Assembly (NCBI GenBank): GCA_963734635.1
Contig: CAVTIA010000014.1
Span: 720,192-784,191, forward strand
Direction: 5' to 3'
Length of the DNA stretch: 64,000 bases
Source of the DNA: an uncultured Acidobacteriota bacterium
GTDB taxonomy: Bacteria > Acidobacteriota > Vicinamibacteria > Vicinamibacterales > UBA2999
Shown here: positions 1 to 9,227 of the stretch, one piece after another
Layout: the number at the start of each line of letters is the position of its first letter
Position numbering within the stretch: position 1 is the first letter of the stretch
Notes under the pieces: model-generated
What the model was told of the DNA's origin: nothing
Database searches by the model: none
What the model saw: only the letters and a program-made list of their open reading frames with translations
Position numbers and translations under genes: made by a program

Positions 1-26
1 GTAAATCCGTCAATGTCATTGCCAGA

Positions 27-972
27 TTAGCCCCGTTCCTTCGTCAGCATGTGCGACAGATCGAAGTCGAGGCAGGGCGGGTCTTCCAGGTAAGGCGCAT
101 CGCTCGTATTGAGCGGCATTGCCCGGGGATCCATCTCCCACGGCTCCATCAGCACGTCCGGATCGTGGACGGTCGCCTGGTAATGCAGCGTGTTGCCCTC
201 GCGGCGCAGCCGCTCGACGACTCTCATGTTGTTCGTGTGGAACCATCCGGGCCAGCCCAGCCAGCTCACGTCGTTGAAGCCGATCACCTCGATGACGAGC
301 GTATCGCCCTCCCAGCGTCCAACGGAATCACCCATGAACGTCTGGTCCTGCGAGTTGACCGGATCGTGGGGGCGTCCGTCGGTGGGGATGACGCGCCAGG
401 TGTTCCTGTTCTGGTACAGCAGGACGACGTCCTTCGGAGTCTGGAGGATCCGCATTGGCGGGCCGAGTCGGGGAACTCCCGGCGGGAAACACGAGAACGT
501 CGTGTCTTCCTTGTTGCCGTTCTCATCCAGATACTGGACGCGTTCCCAGACTTCGGGCTTGTACAGCGGCGGGTTGCCGAAGGCCCGTTGCGTGAATCCA
601 GCGTCACGCTCCGAGTAAAGGTTGTTGCCGTGACGGTAGTTCGGCTGGCGCCCGACGATCTTCGCGTTTGCACTCACCCTGCCTGCGGCGAGCGCTGCCG
701 AGTACCTCCGAATAATGCTCGAACTGATGGACTTGTCCGTTCGGCTCGATCGCCTGCACTCCACCGGCGCCGCCTGCACCGCCGCCTCCACCTCCCCATC
801 GTCCGCTGAGATCCGGCTTCCCGTCGGAGGTACGCGGAGTGGGCGCCGAGGTGGATGGGGCATTCGAAGCTGGCCGTGTCTGTGCCGCAGCGTCGAGGTA
901 GATCAGCAGCAGCGACACGGCGGCCGCTCCGGCAACAGTGACAACAAAGCGACGAACGGGACCGCACGTCAT
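27..972 (-). pseudogene. secreted conserved hypothetical protein (paralog of 23330..24169); frame broken by an apparent 1-nt indel near 690-730
   Basis: Signal peptide and TPRTSDGKPDLSGRW lie in the 604..1038 frame (ATG 972 preceded by GAGGAG). VIPTDGRPHDP and GDSVGRWEGDTLVIEV lie in the 27..863 frame. Both parts are colinear with the intact paralog; 946 nt = 3n+1. Confidence 0.6.
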
Positions 973-986
973 GAAAGTCTCCTCGC

Positions 987-1412
987 TCACTTCGTATCCG
1001 CGCCCGTACTCGTGGCCTCGGACTTGTACTGGTGCCATAGATCGATCTTCCGGCCGTCCGGCAGGATGAACGTCAGGACATATCCATTCGGCGATTTGTC
1101 TCGAGCGCGCGCGACGATCGCCGTATATGTTTCACCCGTCTTGAACACGTCCCGTCCGCTGATCCCGATGTCGCGAAAGCCGCCCGGACCGGCGCCGGAG
1201 ATGGTCCAGGTCGTTACCTTGCCGCTCTCGTCCTTGACGTCCAGGAACCAGCGCACGTGCGGGTTGATCCACAGAACCTTCGTCAGCACGCCGGTGAGCG
1301 TGGCATGGTCGTCCTGGTCGAACGCGGCCTGAACGGCATGATGAGCCCGCAGGTCCGCCGCTGCCCAGAGCAGCGCGCCCAGTATCAATGCCCCCGCAAA
1401 TCCGTAACGCAT
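987..1412 (-). CDS. DUF6152-like small secreted protein
   Basis: 141 aa with signal peptide ending ...DLRA|HH. Shares TGVLTKV..W.NPH...LDV blocks with 24264..24701 and 46652..47068. Confidence 0.75.
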   Translation of the reverse strand: MRYGFAGALILGALLWAAADLRAHHAVQAAFDQDDHATLTGVLTKVLWINPHVRWFLDVKDESGKVTTWTISGAGPGGFRDIGISGRDVFKTGETYTAIVARARDKSPNGYVLTFILPDGRKIDLWHQYKSEATSTGADTK

Positions 1413-1439
1413 TGCCGACCTCCTCGAGAAATTCGTTGA

Positions 1440-2342
1440 CTAGCGCGCTGCCGCAGCTTTCTTGATGTTTTCGGGCACTGGCATCACGACGTAAGGATTA
1501 TATGTCTGGCTTTTGGTCAGCGTCAGATCCATGAGCTTGACGCCGTTCCGCTCGGCGACGATGCGGCGAGGAAGAAGGGCGTCACTCTTGTAATCGTCGG
1601 CGTTCAAATCGCGGTAATCCGAGTACGTGATGACGGTGACCGCATTGTTGAGGCGTACCTCGACGCGCTCGATCCTGTGGCTGAAGTAGCGACGTACACC
1701 CGTGGGCATGGTGTGAAACAAGAAATTCTCCGGGTCCAGCGTCGCCTTCACGGTGCCACTCTGCAGTGGAGCAGGGAGGGGGAACGTGATCACGGGCTTG
1801 CCGCCTTCCGTTGAGAACATTGCTTTGGCGCCAGCCAGCCGCGCCGCCTTGATCACCCCTTGCGGAAGCGTCCAGGCTCGCAGCAGCCGCTCCTGGGCAG
1901 ACTGGTTCATCGGCGTCGCATTGCGACCTGGCTCTGTCTCGTCCCACGCCAGCTCGCCTGCTACCACCTGCACATGCCGATCAGCTTTCTGTCCTCCGGC
2001 TGCGGCACACGCGAAATCGACGCGCATCGCCGGTACTGGATGTTTTTCCCGCCGATCCGCGGCAGGATACCGAACGCTCGCGCGGTAGTCCGTCAATTGA
2101 CAGTTCCGGCCCTGGACGTCGATCGATCCGGTGGCCCAATACTCGAACGTGACGACGCCGTCCCGCTCCTGAGGGCCGCGAATCATGCCGATGGCGTCGG
2201 CCGCTTTATAGAGGGCGGACTCGAGATCGGTTGCCGGTTGCGCCGGCGGGAATGCAGCCTGCGGTGCCTGCGCCGCCAGCGGCGCTCCGACGAGAACCGC
2301 GAGCACAAAAGGGATGACCAGGACGGATGCGACTCTTTGCAT
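1440..2342 (-). CDS. secreted hypothetical protein
   Basis: 300-aa ORF with signal peptide (VLVGAPLAAQA). Its C-terminal ITYSDYRDL block resembles MDYSDFRDV in the C-terminal domain of 47267..48448. First gene of a 3-gene minus-strand run. Confidence 0.6.
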   Translation of the reverse strand: MQRVASVLVIPFVLAVLVGAPLAAQAPQAAFPPAQPATDLESALYKAADAIGMIRGPQERDGVVTFEYWATGSIDVQGRNCQLTDYRASVRYPAADRREKHPVPAMRVDFACAAAGGQKADRHVQVVAGELAWDETEPGRNATPMNQSAQERLLRAWTLPQGVIKAARLAGAKAMFSTEGGKPVITFPLPAPLQSGTVKATLDPENFLFHTMPTGVRRYFSHRIERVEVRLNNAVTVITYSDYRDLNADDYKSDALLPRRIVAERNGVKLMDLTLTKSQTYNPYVVMPVPENIKKAAAAR

Positions 2343-2420
2343 GCGATCTCCCAGGTTCGCGGCCGTTGCCGCGGTCGCGATGCTAGTCGAATTCGCCGTC
2401 AGGGTTCAAGGCGCTCGCGA

Positions 2421-2482
2421 GTACGTAGTGTCCGCCTTCAGGCGGACCACGATCGGTCCGGCTAAAGCCGGACACTACGTAC
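2421..2482. repeat. two adjacent REP-like hairpins (GTAGTGTCCGCCTTCAGGCGGAC and GTCCGGCTAAAGCCGGACACTACGTAC)
   Basis: Perfect 6-7 bp GC stems around CTTCAG/CTAAAG loops. The same motif occurs at 49660, 58456 and 58497. Confidence 0.7.
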
Positions 2483-2508
2483 CAAGGCGCCCGAGGCACC
2501 GTAGTCCC

Positions 2509-3654
2509 TCACCGCTGAAATTCGATGAACCGCTCCGAACGGCCGGTGACGAAAAATCGCGCGCGCCGGTCCGCGTCCTTGTCGGAGCCAATGGCAGGCT
2601 CGAGTCCGGCGACCTGCGGATACCAGCCTCCGCCGTTCATGATCTTCTGCGGTGCGCTCCACGCTCGTGGATCGCTCAGCGTCTCCGCGTACGAGACGTA
2701 GATCCCTTCGTTGTTGAACGACTCGTCCCGCGCCCGGTTCAGCAGCATCACGTACCGCTCCAGATACCGGTTCCAGTGCACGGACGGTCCCCAGAACGCA
2801 TCGGCGGTCGCCTGACCATCGTGCCACGGTCTGACAGGAGGCCAGAGCGGCGTGCCGCTGGGATACTCCCAGGTTTCAGCGTCCGCCAGGCCAGTCACCT
2901 GCCGTGGCGGCAGCCACGCGCCGTCGCGCCAAATCGATACACGCCCGACGGGGGCATCCCGATCGGCCCATGCCAGACGTCCTATCGCCACACCCTGATC
3001 GGATGGCACGTTCGAATATTGGCTGATGAACAGGAACAGATCGCGTCGATCGGCCGAGAGCATCGCGCTGACGTCGCCAACGCCGCCGATGACGTAGCGG
3101 TTGGTCGATGCGCACGCGTCGGTCCCCGGCGGCGCTTCGAAGATGACTCCCAGGTCCTCCCAGCTTCCGCCCTTGTCGGTGGAGCGGAGGGCGCCGACTC
3201 TCGGAACGGAGCGATCGGGCCGGCCACAGGCAAACGCCGGCGTCTCGTGATGGTAATACCCGTACCACGCTCCGGCGTCATCAGGAATGATGCTCTCGAT
3301 CCAGATTCCATGTCCCGGGTGCCGCACGATGGTGACCGGTCCCTGGTCCTGCATCTCGGTCAGCGCCCATCCAGACAGCAGCGATGGCACGCCGCCCCAT
3401 GAAGCGAGCGCAAACAATCGCCACCTGCCCTCCACGAGGTCCCACGTCATCGGCACGTTCGAATCGATCGCACCTGGCATGACGAGGCGCGGCGCTTCAA
3501 CGAGCCGCGCCAATGGCAGCCGCTCCTGCTGTGCATCGATGACGGCAAGCGTGAGGACGAAAAAGGCGAGGACCGGGAGAGAACGCAAGGAAGAAACGTT
3601 ATACAAGGCGCGCGGGAGGCGGCACAAGCCACAATCCCGCCACGCCCCTCTCAC
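2509..3654 (-). CDS. secreted hypothetical protein with one BNR/Asp-box-like motif
   Basis: 381-aa ORF with a hydrophobic N-terminus (LPVLAFFVLTLAVIDA) and STDKGGSWED resembling an Asp-box. Start codon uncertain. Confidence 0.5.
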   Translation of the reverse strand: MRGAWRDCGLCRLPRALYNVSSLRSLPVLAFFVLTLAVIDAQQERLPLARLVEAPRLVMPGAIDSNVPMTWDLVEGRWRLFALASWGGVPSLLSGWALTEMQDQGPVTIVRHPGHGIWIESIIPDDAGAWYGYYHHETPAFACGRPDRSVPRVGALRSTDKGGSWEDLGVIFEAPPGTDACASTNRYVIGGVGDVSAMLSADRRDLFLFISQYSNVPSDQGVAIGRLAWADRDAPVGRVSIWRDGAWLPPRQVTGLADAETWEYPSGTPLWPPVRPWHDGQATADAFWGPSVHWNRYLERYVMLLNRARDESFNNEGIYVSYAETLSDPRAWSAPQKIMNGGGWYPQVAGLEPAIGSDKDADRRARFFVTGRSERFIEFQR

Positions 3655-3692
3655 ATCCGGCGCGTGGCGATCCAGCGCGCCGGATATGAACC

Positions 3693-4838
3693 TCAGCGAA
3701 TGCGCTGTGCGGCGTCGTGCGGCGCGCGGCCCGTTTCAATCAGCGTCTTCATCCGCGCAAGATCCGCATCCAGGCCGTGCTTCGGGTCAACTCCGAAAGC
3801 AGTCGCCACCTCATGGCCCAACCATCCTGCTGGCGGGTTGTACGTCATCCGAATGTGCACGCGGGTTCGCCCGTCTGCCTCCGGATCGAAGCGGACCACA
3901 CCCGCGTGCGCGACGGCAGAACCCGGCAGTGTCCGCCACGCAATCGTCTGATTGGGGACCGCATGCGTAACCTCGGCGTCGAATTCGACGGTCGTCCCGG
4001 CCGGGCCCGCGACCTTCCAGTGAGACTGCATCGGACGGCGGTCGCTCGACCGGACGTCGTAGACGCGCGACATGAATCGGGGAAAGTTCTCGTAAAGCGA
4101 CCAGAATGCGTAGACCTCGCCGACTGGCGCATTGATCAGGATGGTTTTCTGCAGATCCACGGCGCGCCGCCGGTCGCTGATGCCGAAGAGGCGCTTTGTC
4201 GGCAGGTTGGTTGCCGCCCGCGCCGCGAGTCCTGCACCGAGGAGCACTGCGATGGTTCCTGCGGCAGTACGTTTCCCCAGCCCGGCGACCATCATCGCAG
4301 CGCCAGCCGTTCCCAGCACGACTCGAGTGGTGGGCGCCCAATGCGGCTGCAACGCATCGAAACGGCTCGTGGCCGGCGGCCGGCCACCCTGCAGTGAGGG
4401 GATGTTGCCCGCGCGTTCGTGACGCTCGAGCTCGTCGATAACGTCGCAGACACCATCGACGCGCCGGATGGCACGAATCAACGAGTCCGCTTCGCGGTCG
4501 AGGATCGGTCCGCGCATCGTGACGATGCCGTCGTCGGACGTCACCTCAACGGCATGTGGATGCGAGACGACCCGCCCGAGCTTGGACCGGACCCGCTCGA
4601 CGACCACCGCATCGTCGACATCGTCGTGTCGGAACGGACTACGCAGCGATGCCGCGGTTCCATACGTCCGATGCAGCATGTCGCGGCCTACCGTGCCGAT
4701 CGCGCGGCGCGTGATCCTCGCAGAATGGGTCACGGTGTCGCGGATCCGGGCGCGCCGACGCGCCCCTCGGCCGGGGTCGAGAAAATACGTGAGGCCGGCC
4801 CCTACGCCGGCGCCAGCGAGCAGCGAGCGCGTCTTCAT
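3693..4838 (-). CDS. BON domain + SRPBCC (cyclase/dehydrase-like) domain protein
   Basis: ATG 4838 preceded by GGAGGG. BON-like VERVRSKLGRVV...VEVTSDDGIVTMRGPI, then SRPBCC-like ILINAPVGEVYAFWSLYENFPRFM. Confidence 0.7.
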   Translation of the reverse strand: MKTRSLLAGAGVGAGLTYFLDPGRGARRRARIRDTVTHSARITRRAIGTVGRDMLHRTYGTAASLRSPFRHDDVDDAVVVERVRSKLGRVVSHPHAVEVTSDDGIVTMRGPILDREADSLIRAIRRVDGVCDVIDELERHERAGNIPSLQGGRPPATSRFDALQPHWAPTTRVVLGTAGAAMMVAGLGKRTAAGTIAVLLGAGLAARAATNLPTKRLFGISDRRRAVDLQKTILINAPVGEVYAFWSLYENFPRFMSRVYDVRSSDRRPMQSHWKVAGPAGTTVEFDAEVTHAVPNQTIAWRTLPGSAVAHAGVVRFDPEADGRTRVHIRMTYNPPAGWLGHEVATAFGVDPKHGLDADLARMKTLIETGRAPHDAAQRIR

Positions 4839-4851
4839 GGCACACCCTCCA

Positions 4852-5376
4852 TCATGCGCAAAGGCCGTCGCCCTTTCGCAGAATATCGCGCAGCCACCAT
4901 TCGGCCTTCTCATGAATCTGGACGGTGCGCGAGAAGAGATCGACGGAGCCGGGGTCGTCATGCTCGTCGGCGATGCGGGCGCCACGCCGCAGCTCGGAGA
5001 TCACGATCAGCAGCTGCCGATCAGCCTCCTCGACCATCTCCCGCATATTCGCCTGCGCCGCAGCAGGCGACACACTGGCCAGATTTGCGGCATCGAGAAG
5101 ATGCCCCGGGGGGTCCTGTCCGATCATCCGCACGCGTTCAGCAAGCTCATCGATCGTCCCGAGGACCTCTTCCGCGAACTTATCGAACAGCTTGTGCATG
5201 TCTCGAAAGAGCGGACCGAACGTCTGCCAGTGGTAGTGCTTGTAATTCGCATAGAGAACGAACGCATTGGCAACTTGCCTGCGGAGCTCCTGCACGACCG
5301 GATTGTTCGGGTCGTTCTCGCGGGACAGCTCATGCGCAAGCGCGCTGGTATCTCGACTCGATGTTGTGTTTCGCAT
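4852..5376 (-). CDS. dps: Dps-family ferritin-like DNA-protection protein
   Basis: ANYKHYHWQTFGPLFRDMHKLFDKFAEEV and DPGSVDLFSRTVQIHEKAEWWL are typical Dps helices. The start could also be GTG 5418. Confidence 0.8.
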   Translation of the reverse strand: MRNTTSSRDTSALAHELSRENDPNNPVVQELRRQVANAFVLYANYKHYHWQTFGPLFRDMHKLFDKFAEEVLGTIDELAERVRMIGQDPPGHLLDAANLASVSPAAAQANMREMVEEADRQLLIVISELRRGARIADEHDDPGSVDLFSRTVQIHEKAEWWLRDILRKGDGLCA

Positions 5377-5488
5377 GTGACGGCGCGGAGCAATTCCCGC
5401 GCCGGGCTGGTGCAGCACTCGTACGAGTGGTGCGGGTTCCGCGAGTCGGAGCTGCGAACCGCAGCGGACCCCGCCAAAAAAAGAAGAG

Positions 5489-6595
5489 TTACAGCGAGGC
5501 GAGATATGCGGCGATGGCGATCATCTCGTCGGGACTGAGTTTCGAGACGACCGGCTCCATGATCGCGCTGCGTCGCGTGCCCTGCTGATAGTTGTATAGC
5601 TGCCGTACGGTGTAGCTGACGCTGCGGTCGGCGATCGGCGGCACATCACCCGCGCCGAGCAGATTCGCGCCGTGGCATGCCGCGCACTGCATTGTCGTAC
5701 CGCCACCCGTGGTGACGAGCGCCTTGCCTCGTCCGAGGGTGCCGTGTGGCACGTAAGCCACGAAACCCCCTTTAGGATCGCGCAGCCGTTCGGTGCGATC
5801 AGGAAATTCCGGCACCTCGATGAATCGCCGGCCCAGCGGCTCGGTGTCCTGGCCGAGCGGTATGAACAGGCCGGCGGCAGACTGACGCGTCCGTGGCGCC
5901 ATGTCGCTCTCGACGACCTTGACCCACGGCTTCCACGCGATGGCCGAGTAGTACTGCGCGGCCGCCCTCATCTCCGCCTCGGTGAGGAACCGGGCGATCT
6001 GAGCCATCTCAGCATGATTGGCCTTCCTGGGATCGGCGCTCGTGCGCCCGCCGCTCCTGAACAGTGCGAGCTGCTGCAGGAAGTAGTTGACCGGAAGAGC
6101 GGTCACGTGGCCGTTCTCGGGCTTGCCCTGGCCGTTGTGGTAATGGCAATGCGCGCAGGCACGCAGCCGGTCGCTCTCGCGGCCGCGCTGCACGATGTCG
6201 GGCACTGGCGACGGATGCTCGCCGGGGTACCAGTCGGCCGGGTCGTAGTGCGCCTGGATCTGCGTAATCGTGAACACACGGTCGCTGCCCGGAAGGCGAA
6301 GCAGCGCGGGATCGTCCTCCCAGGGCCGACCAGGCCGCGAGCAGGTGTACGGCTTCGCGTCCGGGGGACAAGGTGGTGGCAGGGGATCGGGTCCTGGTGT
6401 GACGTAGCCGTACGCCCACGGCAGCGGGTTCGGTGCGGGTACCTGACCCGCGGCTACCGCCATCCCGATAACGGTGACGAGTAACAGCACAAACGCCCCG
6501 GCCGCCCGCGCGGAGCGCGGGCAATCAAACGCTGCACGAGCGAGGCGGAGCCGCGCCGCATGCTCGCTGGTCTGAGGCGAAGCCTCGCTCGTCAT
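5489..6595 (-). CDS. dihaem c-type cytochrome, secreted
   Basis: Two CXXCH motifs (CAHCH, CAACH). Paralog of 48700..49704 with a shared ending [10 protein letters not shown]. The ATG overlaps the mdh stop (ATGA). Confidence 0.8.
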   Translation of the reverse strand: MTSEASPQTSEHAARLRLARAAFDCPRSARAAGAFVLLLVTVIGMAVAAGQVPAPNPLPWAYGYVTPGPDPLPPPCPPDAKPYTCSRPGRPWEDDPALLRLPGSDRVFTITQIQAHYDPADWYPGEHPSPVPDIVQRGRESDRLRACAHCHYHNGQGKPENGHVTALPVNYFLQQLALFRSGGRTSADPRKANHAEMAQIARFLTEAEMRAAAQYYSAIAWKPWVKVVESDMAPRTRQSAAGLFIPLGQDTEPLGRRFIEVPEFPDRTERLRDPKGGFVAYVPHGTLGRGKALVTTGGGTTMQCAACHGANLLGAGDVPPIADRSVSYTVRQLYNYQQGTRRSAIMEPVVSKLSPDEMIAIAAYLASL

Positions 6596-7533
6596 ACGGC
6601 CAGTGCTTCGATGAGCTCCCGGATGGAGGCGGCGGACTTATGGAGCGCCGCCTTCTCGTCTGCAGTCAGCTTGAGCTCGATGATCTGCTCGACGCCACGT
6701 GCACCGAGCTTCACCGGCACACCCATGAAGATGTCGTGTAAGCCGTACTCGCCCTCGAGGTAGACCGCGCACGGGAGAATCTTCTTCTGATCCCTGAGGA
6801 TAGCCTCCACCATCTCGACCACCGCAGCGGAAGGCGCGTAATAGGCCCCGCCGATCTTCATCAGGTTGACGATCTCGGCACCGCCGTCGCGCGTGCGCTG
6901 GTTGATCGCGTCGATGCGCTCCTTGGGCAGCAGCTCGGGCAGCGGAATGCTCGCCACCGTCGTATACCGCGGGAGCGGCACCATCGTGTCCCCATGGCCA
7001 CCCAGCACCAGCGAGTGGACGTTCGCTACCGAGACGCCGAGCTCCTGCGCGACGAATGTACTCATGCGGCCCGAATCGAGCACGCCCGCCATCCCAATCA
7101 CGCGATGCTTCGGAAAGCCGCTCAGCTTGAACGCCGCGTGCGCCATCGCGTCGAGCGGGTTCGTCACGATGATCAGAATGGCATCGGGGGAGTGTTTGAC
7201 GACCGGGCCGACGACCGCCTTGACGATGTTGTAGTTGCCCTGCAGGAGATCGCTCCGGCTCATACCAGGCTTTCGCGGGAACCCGGCTGTAACCACGATG
7301 ACGTCGCTGTTGGCGGTTTCACGGTAGTCGCCGTCCCGCGAGGTGAAGCCGATCGCATTCACGTCCGACCCGATGATCGGCGTCGATTCGAGCATGTCGA
7401 GTGCGCGTCCGGCCGGGATCCCTTCCAGCACGTCGGCCAGCACGACGTCCGCCAGACCGCGATCGATGATCCGCTGCGCCGCAGTGGCTCCAACAGCCCC
7501 GCCCCCGCCGACGATGGTGACTTTTTTTCGCAT
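6592..7533 (-). CDS. mdh: malate dehydrogenase (LDH-like type)
   Basis: [19 protein letters not shown] dinucleotide fold, [16 protein letters not shown]; 313 aa. Confidence 0.9.
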   Translation of the reverse strand: MRKKVTIVGGGGAVGATAAQRIIDRGLADVVLADVLEGIPAGRALDMLESTPIIGSDVNAIGFTSRDGDYRETANSDVIVVTAGFPRKPGMSRSDLLQGNYNIVKAVVGPVVKHSPDAILIIVTNPLDAMAHAAFKLSGFPKHRVIGMAGVLDSGRMSTFVAQELGVSVANVHSLVLGGHGDTMVPLPRYTTVASIPLPELLPKERIDAINQRTRDGGAEIVNLMKIGGAYYAPSAAVVEMVEAILRDQKKILPCAVYLEGEYGLHDIFMGVPVKLGARGVEQIIELKLTADEKAALHKSAASIRELIEALAV

Positions 7534-7543
7534 CTGCCCCTCT

Positions 7544-7578
7544 GTCCGCGCGCAGGCTGAAGCCTGCGCGCTACGGAC
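7544..7578. repeat. REP-like hairpin GTCCGCGCGCAGGCTGAAGCCTGCGCGCTACGGAC
   Basis: Long GC stem around a CTGAAG loop. Related copies at 9200, 29324 and 29454. Confidence 0.7.
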
Positions 7579-7586
7579 AAAAATTT

Positions 7587-7613
7587 CCTCCGTGTCTCTG
7601 TGTCTCCGTGGCC
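7587..7613. repeat. word-repeat tract (GTGTCTC[CT]GTG words)
   Basis: CCTCCGTGTCTCTGTGTCTCCGTGGCC. The same words occur at 14756..14777, and in reverse complement at 46536..46561. Confidence 0.6.
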
Positions 7614-7629
7614 CGTGAGCTGTCCGTGA

Positions 7630-8797
7630 TCACGCTGACTGATACAGCTTCGTCAGCACGAACTCGCGATGGCCCATCACCTCGGCGCACGTGAGCCGTC
7701 CGTTGCACGTCCGGACGACCATGTCGATGAGTTGATCGCCCGCCTTGTCGAGCGTCAGCTCGCGTCGCAGGATCCCCGATACGTCAAGATCAATGTGCTC
7801 CACCATCGTCCGCGCCGTCTTCGGGTTCGCGGTGAGCTTGATGACAGGCTCGATCGGGTTGCCGATGACGTTCCCTTGCCCGGTCGGAAAAAGGTGAACG
7901 ACGAAACCGGCCGCGGCCTGAAGCGTGATGCATTCCGCTGCGGCCGACGACGTGTCCATGTAATAGAGCCCGGGGCCTTTCGACGGCGCTTCCGCCGGTT
8001 TGAGCACATCGATGAACTTGCTCTTCCTGCCGATCTTCTGCAGGTTCCCAAACGCTTTTTCCTCGATGGTGGTCAGACCGCCTGCGATGTTGCCCTTGGT
8101 CGGCTGCGATTCCGACAGGTCGCTGGTCTTGTGGCGGTTGATCACCTCCTGGTATGCGTTGAAGACGCTGCATGAACTTGCCACGCACCTCGGGAGTGGC
8201 CGCCCGATCGGCGCACACCATCTCGGCGCCCGTGAGCTCCGAGGTTTCGCCGAAGCAGGTCGTCACGCCCATCGGATCGAGCTTGTCGATCAGATTGCCG
8301 ACCGTCGGACACGACGCGAGCCCTGAAGTGGTGTCGCTCTCTCCACACTTGGTGGAGATGAAAGCTTCTTCGATGGAGCACTTCTCGCGCTGCCGCTCCG
8401 ATGCCCACTGCATCAGTTCGCGCGCCTTGCGCGAGGCGTTGGCAATAGTGGTGATGTCGCCATGTTCTTCGATGGAGAAGCCGGCGACGGGCTTGCCGGT
8501 TTTCGCGATGCCGTCGACAACCCGACCTGTCCAGGACGGCTCGATACCGATGACCACGCAGGCTGCCACATTAGGATTCGACCCCGTACCGATGAGCGTG
8601 CGGAAGAACAACTCGAGATCCTCACCGAACTGCAGCCGACCGTAGGCATGGGGGAGCGCCAACGTGCCCTTGATGTTGTGCGCCACCGCCTCGCACGCGG
8701 CATTCGAAAGGTCATCGAGCGGGAGAATGACTACATGATTACGAACGCCGACGCGCCCGTTTTCGCGTCGGTATCCATAGAATTCGTAGCGTCCCAC
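7630..8797 (-). pseudogene. UxaA-family (altronate/galactarate-type) dehydratase large subunit; apparent 1-nt indel near 8165-8185
   Basis: GTG 8797 lies 1 nt after the small-subunit stop. The N-terminal part ([21 protein letters not shown]...) is in the 7790..8866 frame and the C-terminal part (...[21 protein letters not shown]) in the 7630..8184 frame; 1168 nt = 3n+1. Confidence 0.75.
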
Positions 8798-8798
8798 G

Positions 8799-9083
8799 TC
8801 ACCACCTTTTGGTCTTGAGATTGTGCACGTGCACGTGGCGGCCCTTCGGAATGTCGGCCACGGCACGACCCACGTCGTACCCGTACTTCAGCACCGTGTC
8901 GCCGCTCTTGATGTCCGCCAGCGCGATCTTGTGTCCGAGCGGCACGGTGTCGAGCGCTTTCACGCGGATCGTCTCGTCGGTTTCCATGATCCAGCCGGTC
9001 AGTTCTTTGTTCGGTTGTATGTCTTCCACGACGGCAACGCCGACCGTGTCGGCCTTGTCGTGCACGATGAAATCAGTCGGCAT
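8799..9083 (-). CDS. UxaA-family dehydratase small subunit (SAF domain)
   Basis: 94 aa; [16 protein letters not shown]...[19 protein letters not shown] is typical of the SAF/UxaA N-terminal module. Confidence 0.8.
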   Translation of the reverse strand: MPTDFIVHDKADTVGVAVVEDIQPNKELTGWIMETDETIRVKALDTVPLGHKIALADIKSGDTVLKYGYDVGRAVADIPKGRHVHVHNLKTKRW

Positions 9084-9114
9084 TTTGCTGGTTGCAGTTG
9101 TTGGTTGGTGGTTG

Positions 9115-9224
9115 TTGGCCGCGCACGCTGAAGCGTGCGCTCTACGATTGCCGTTAACTGTTGGCCGCGCACGCTGAAGCGTGCGCTCTACGATTGCCCG
9201 TAGCGCGCAGGCTTCAGCCTGCGC
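9115..9224. repeat. array of three REP-like hairpins (two 38-nt copies at 46-bp spacing plus a GTAGCGCGCAGGCTTCAGCCTGCGC hairpin)
   Basis: TTGGCCGCGCACGCTGAAGCGTGCGCTCTACGATTGCC occurs at 9115..9152 and again at 9161..9198; third hairpin at 9200..9224. Confidence 0.75.
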
Positions 9225-9227
9225 AAT

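Noticed and set aside
9115-9224. Possible CRISPR array (38-nt unit repeated at 46-bp spacing)
   Set aside because: There are only two full units plus a related hairpin, the spacers are 8 nt, there are no cas genes, and the units belong to the dispersed REP-like hairpin family.
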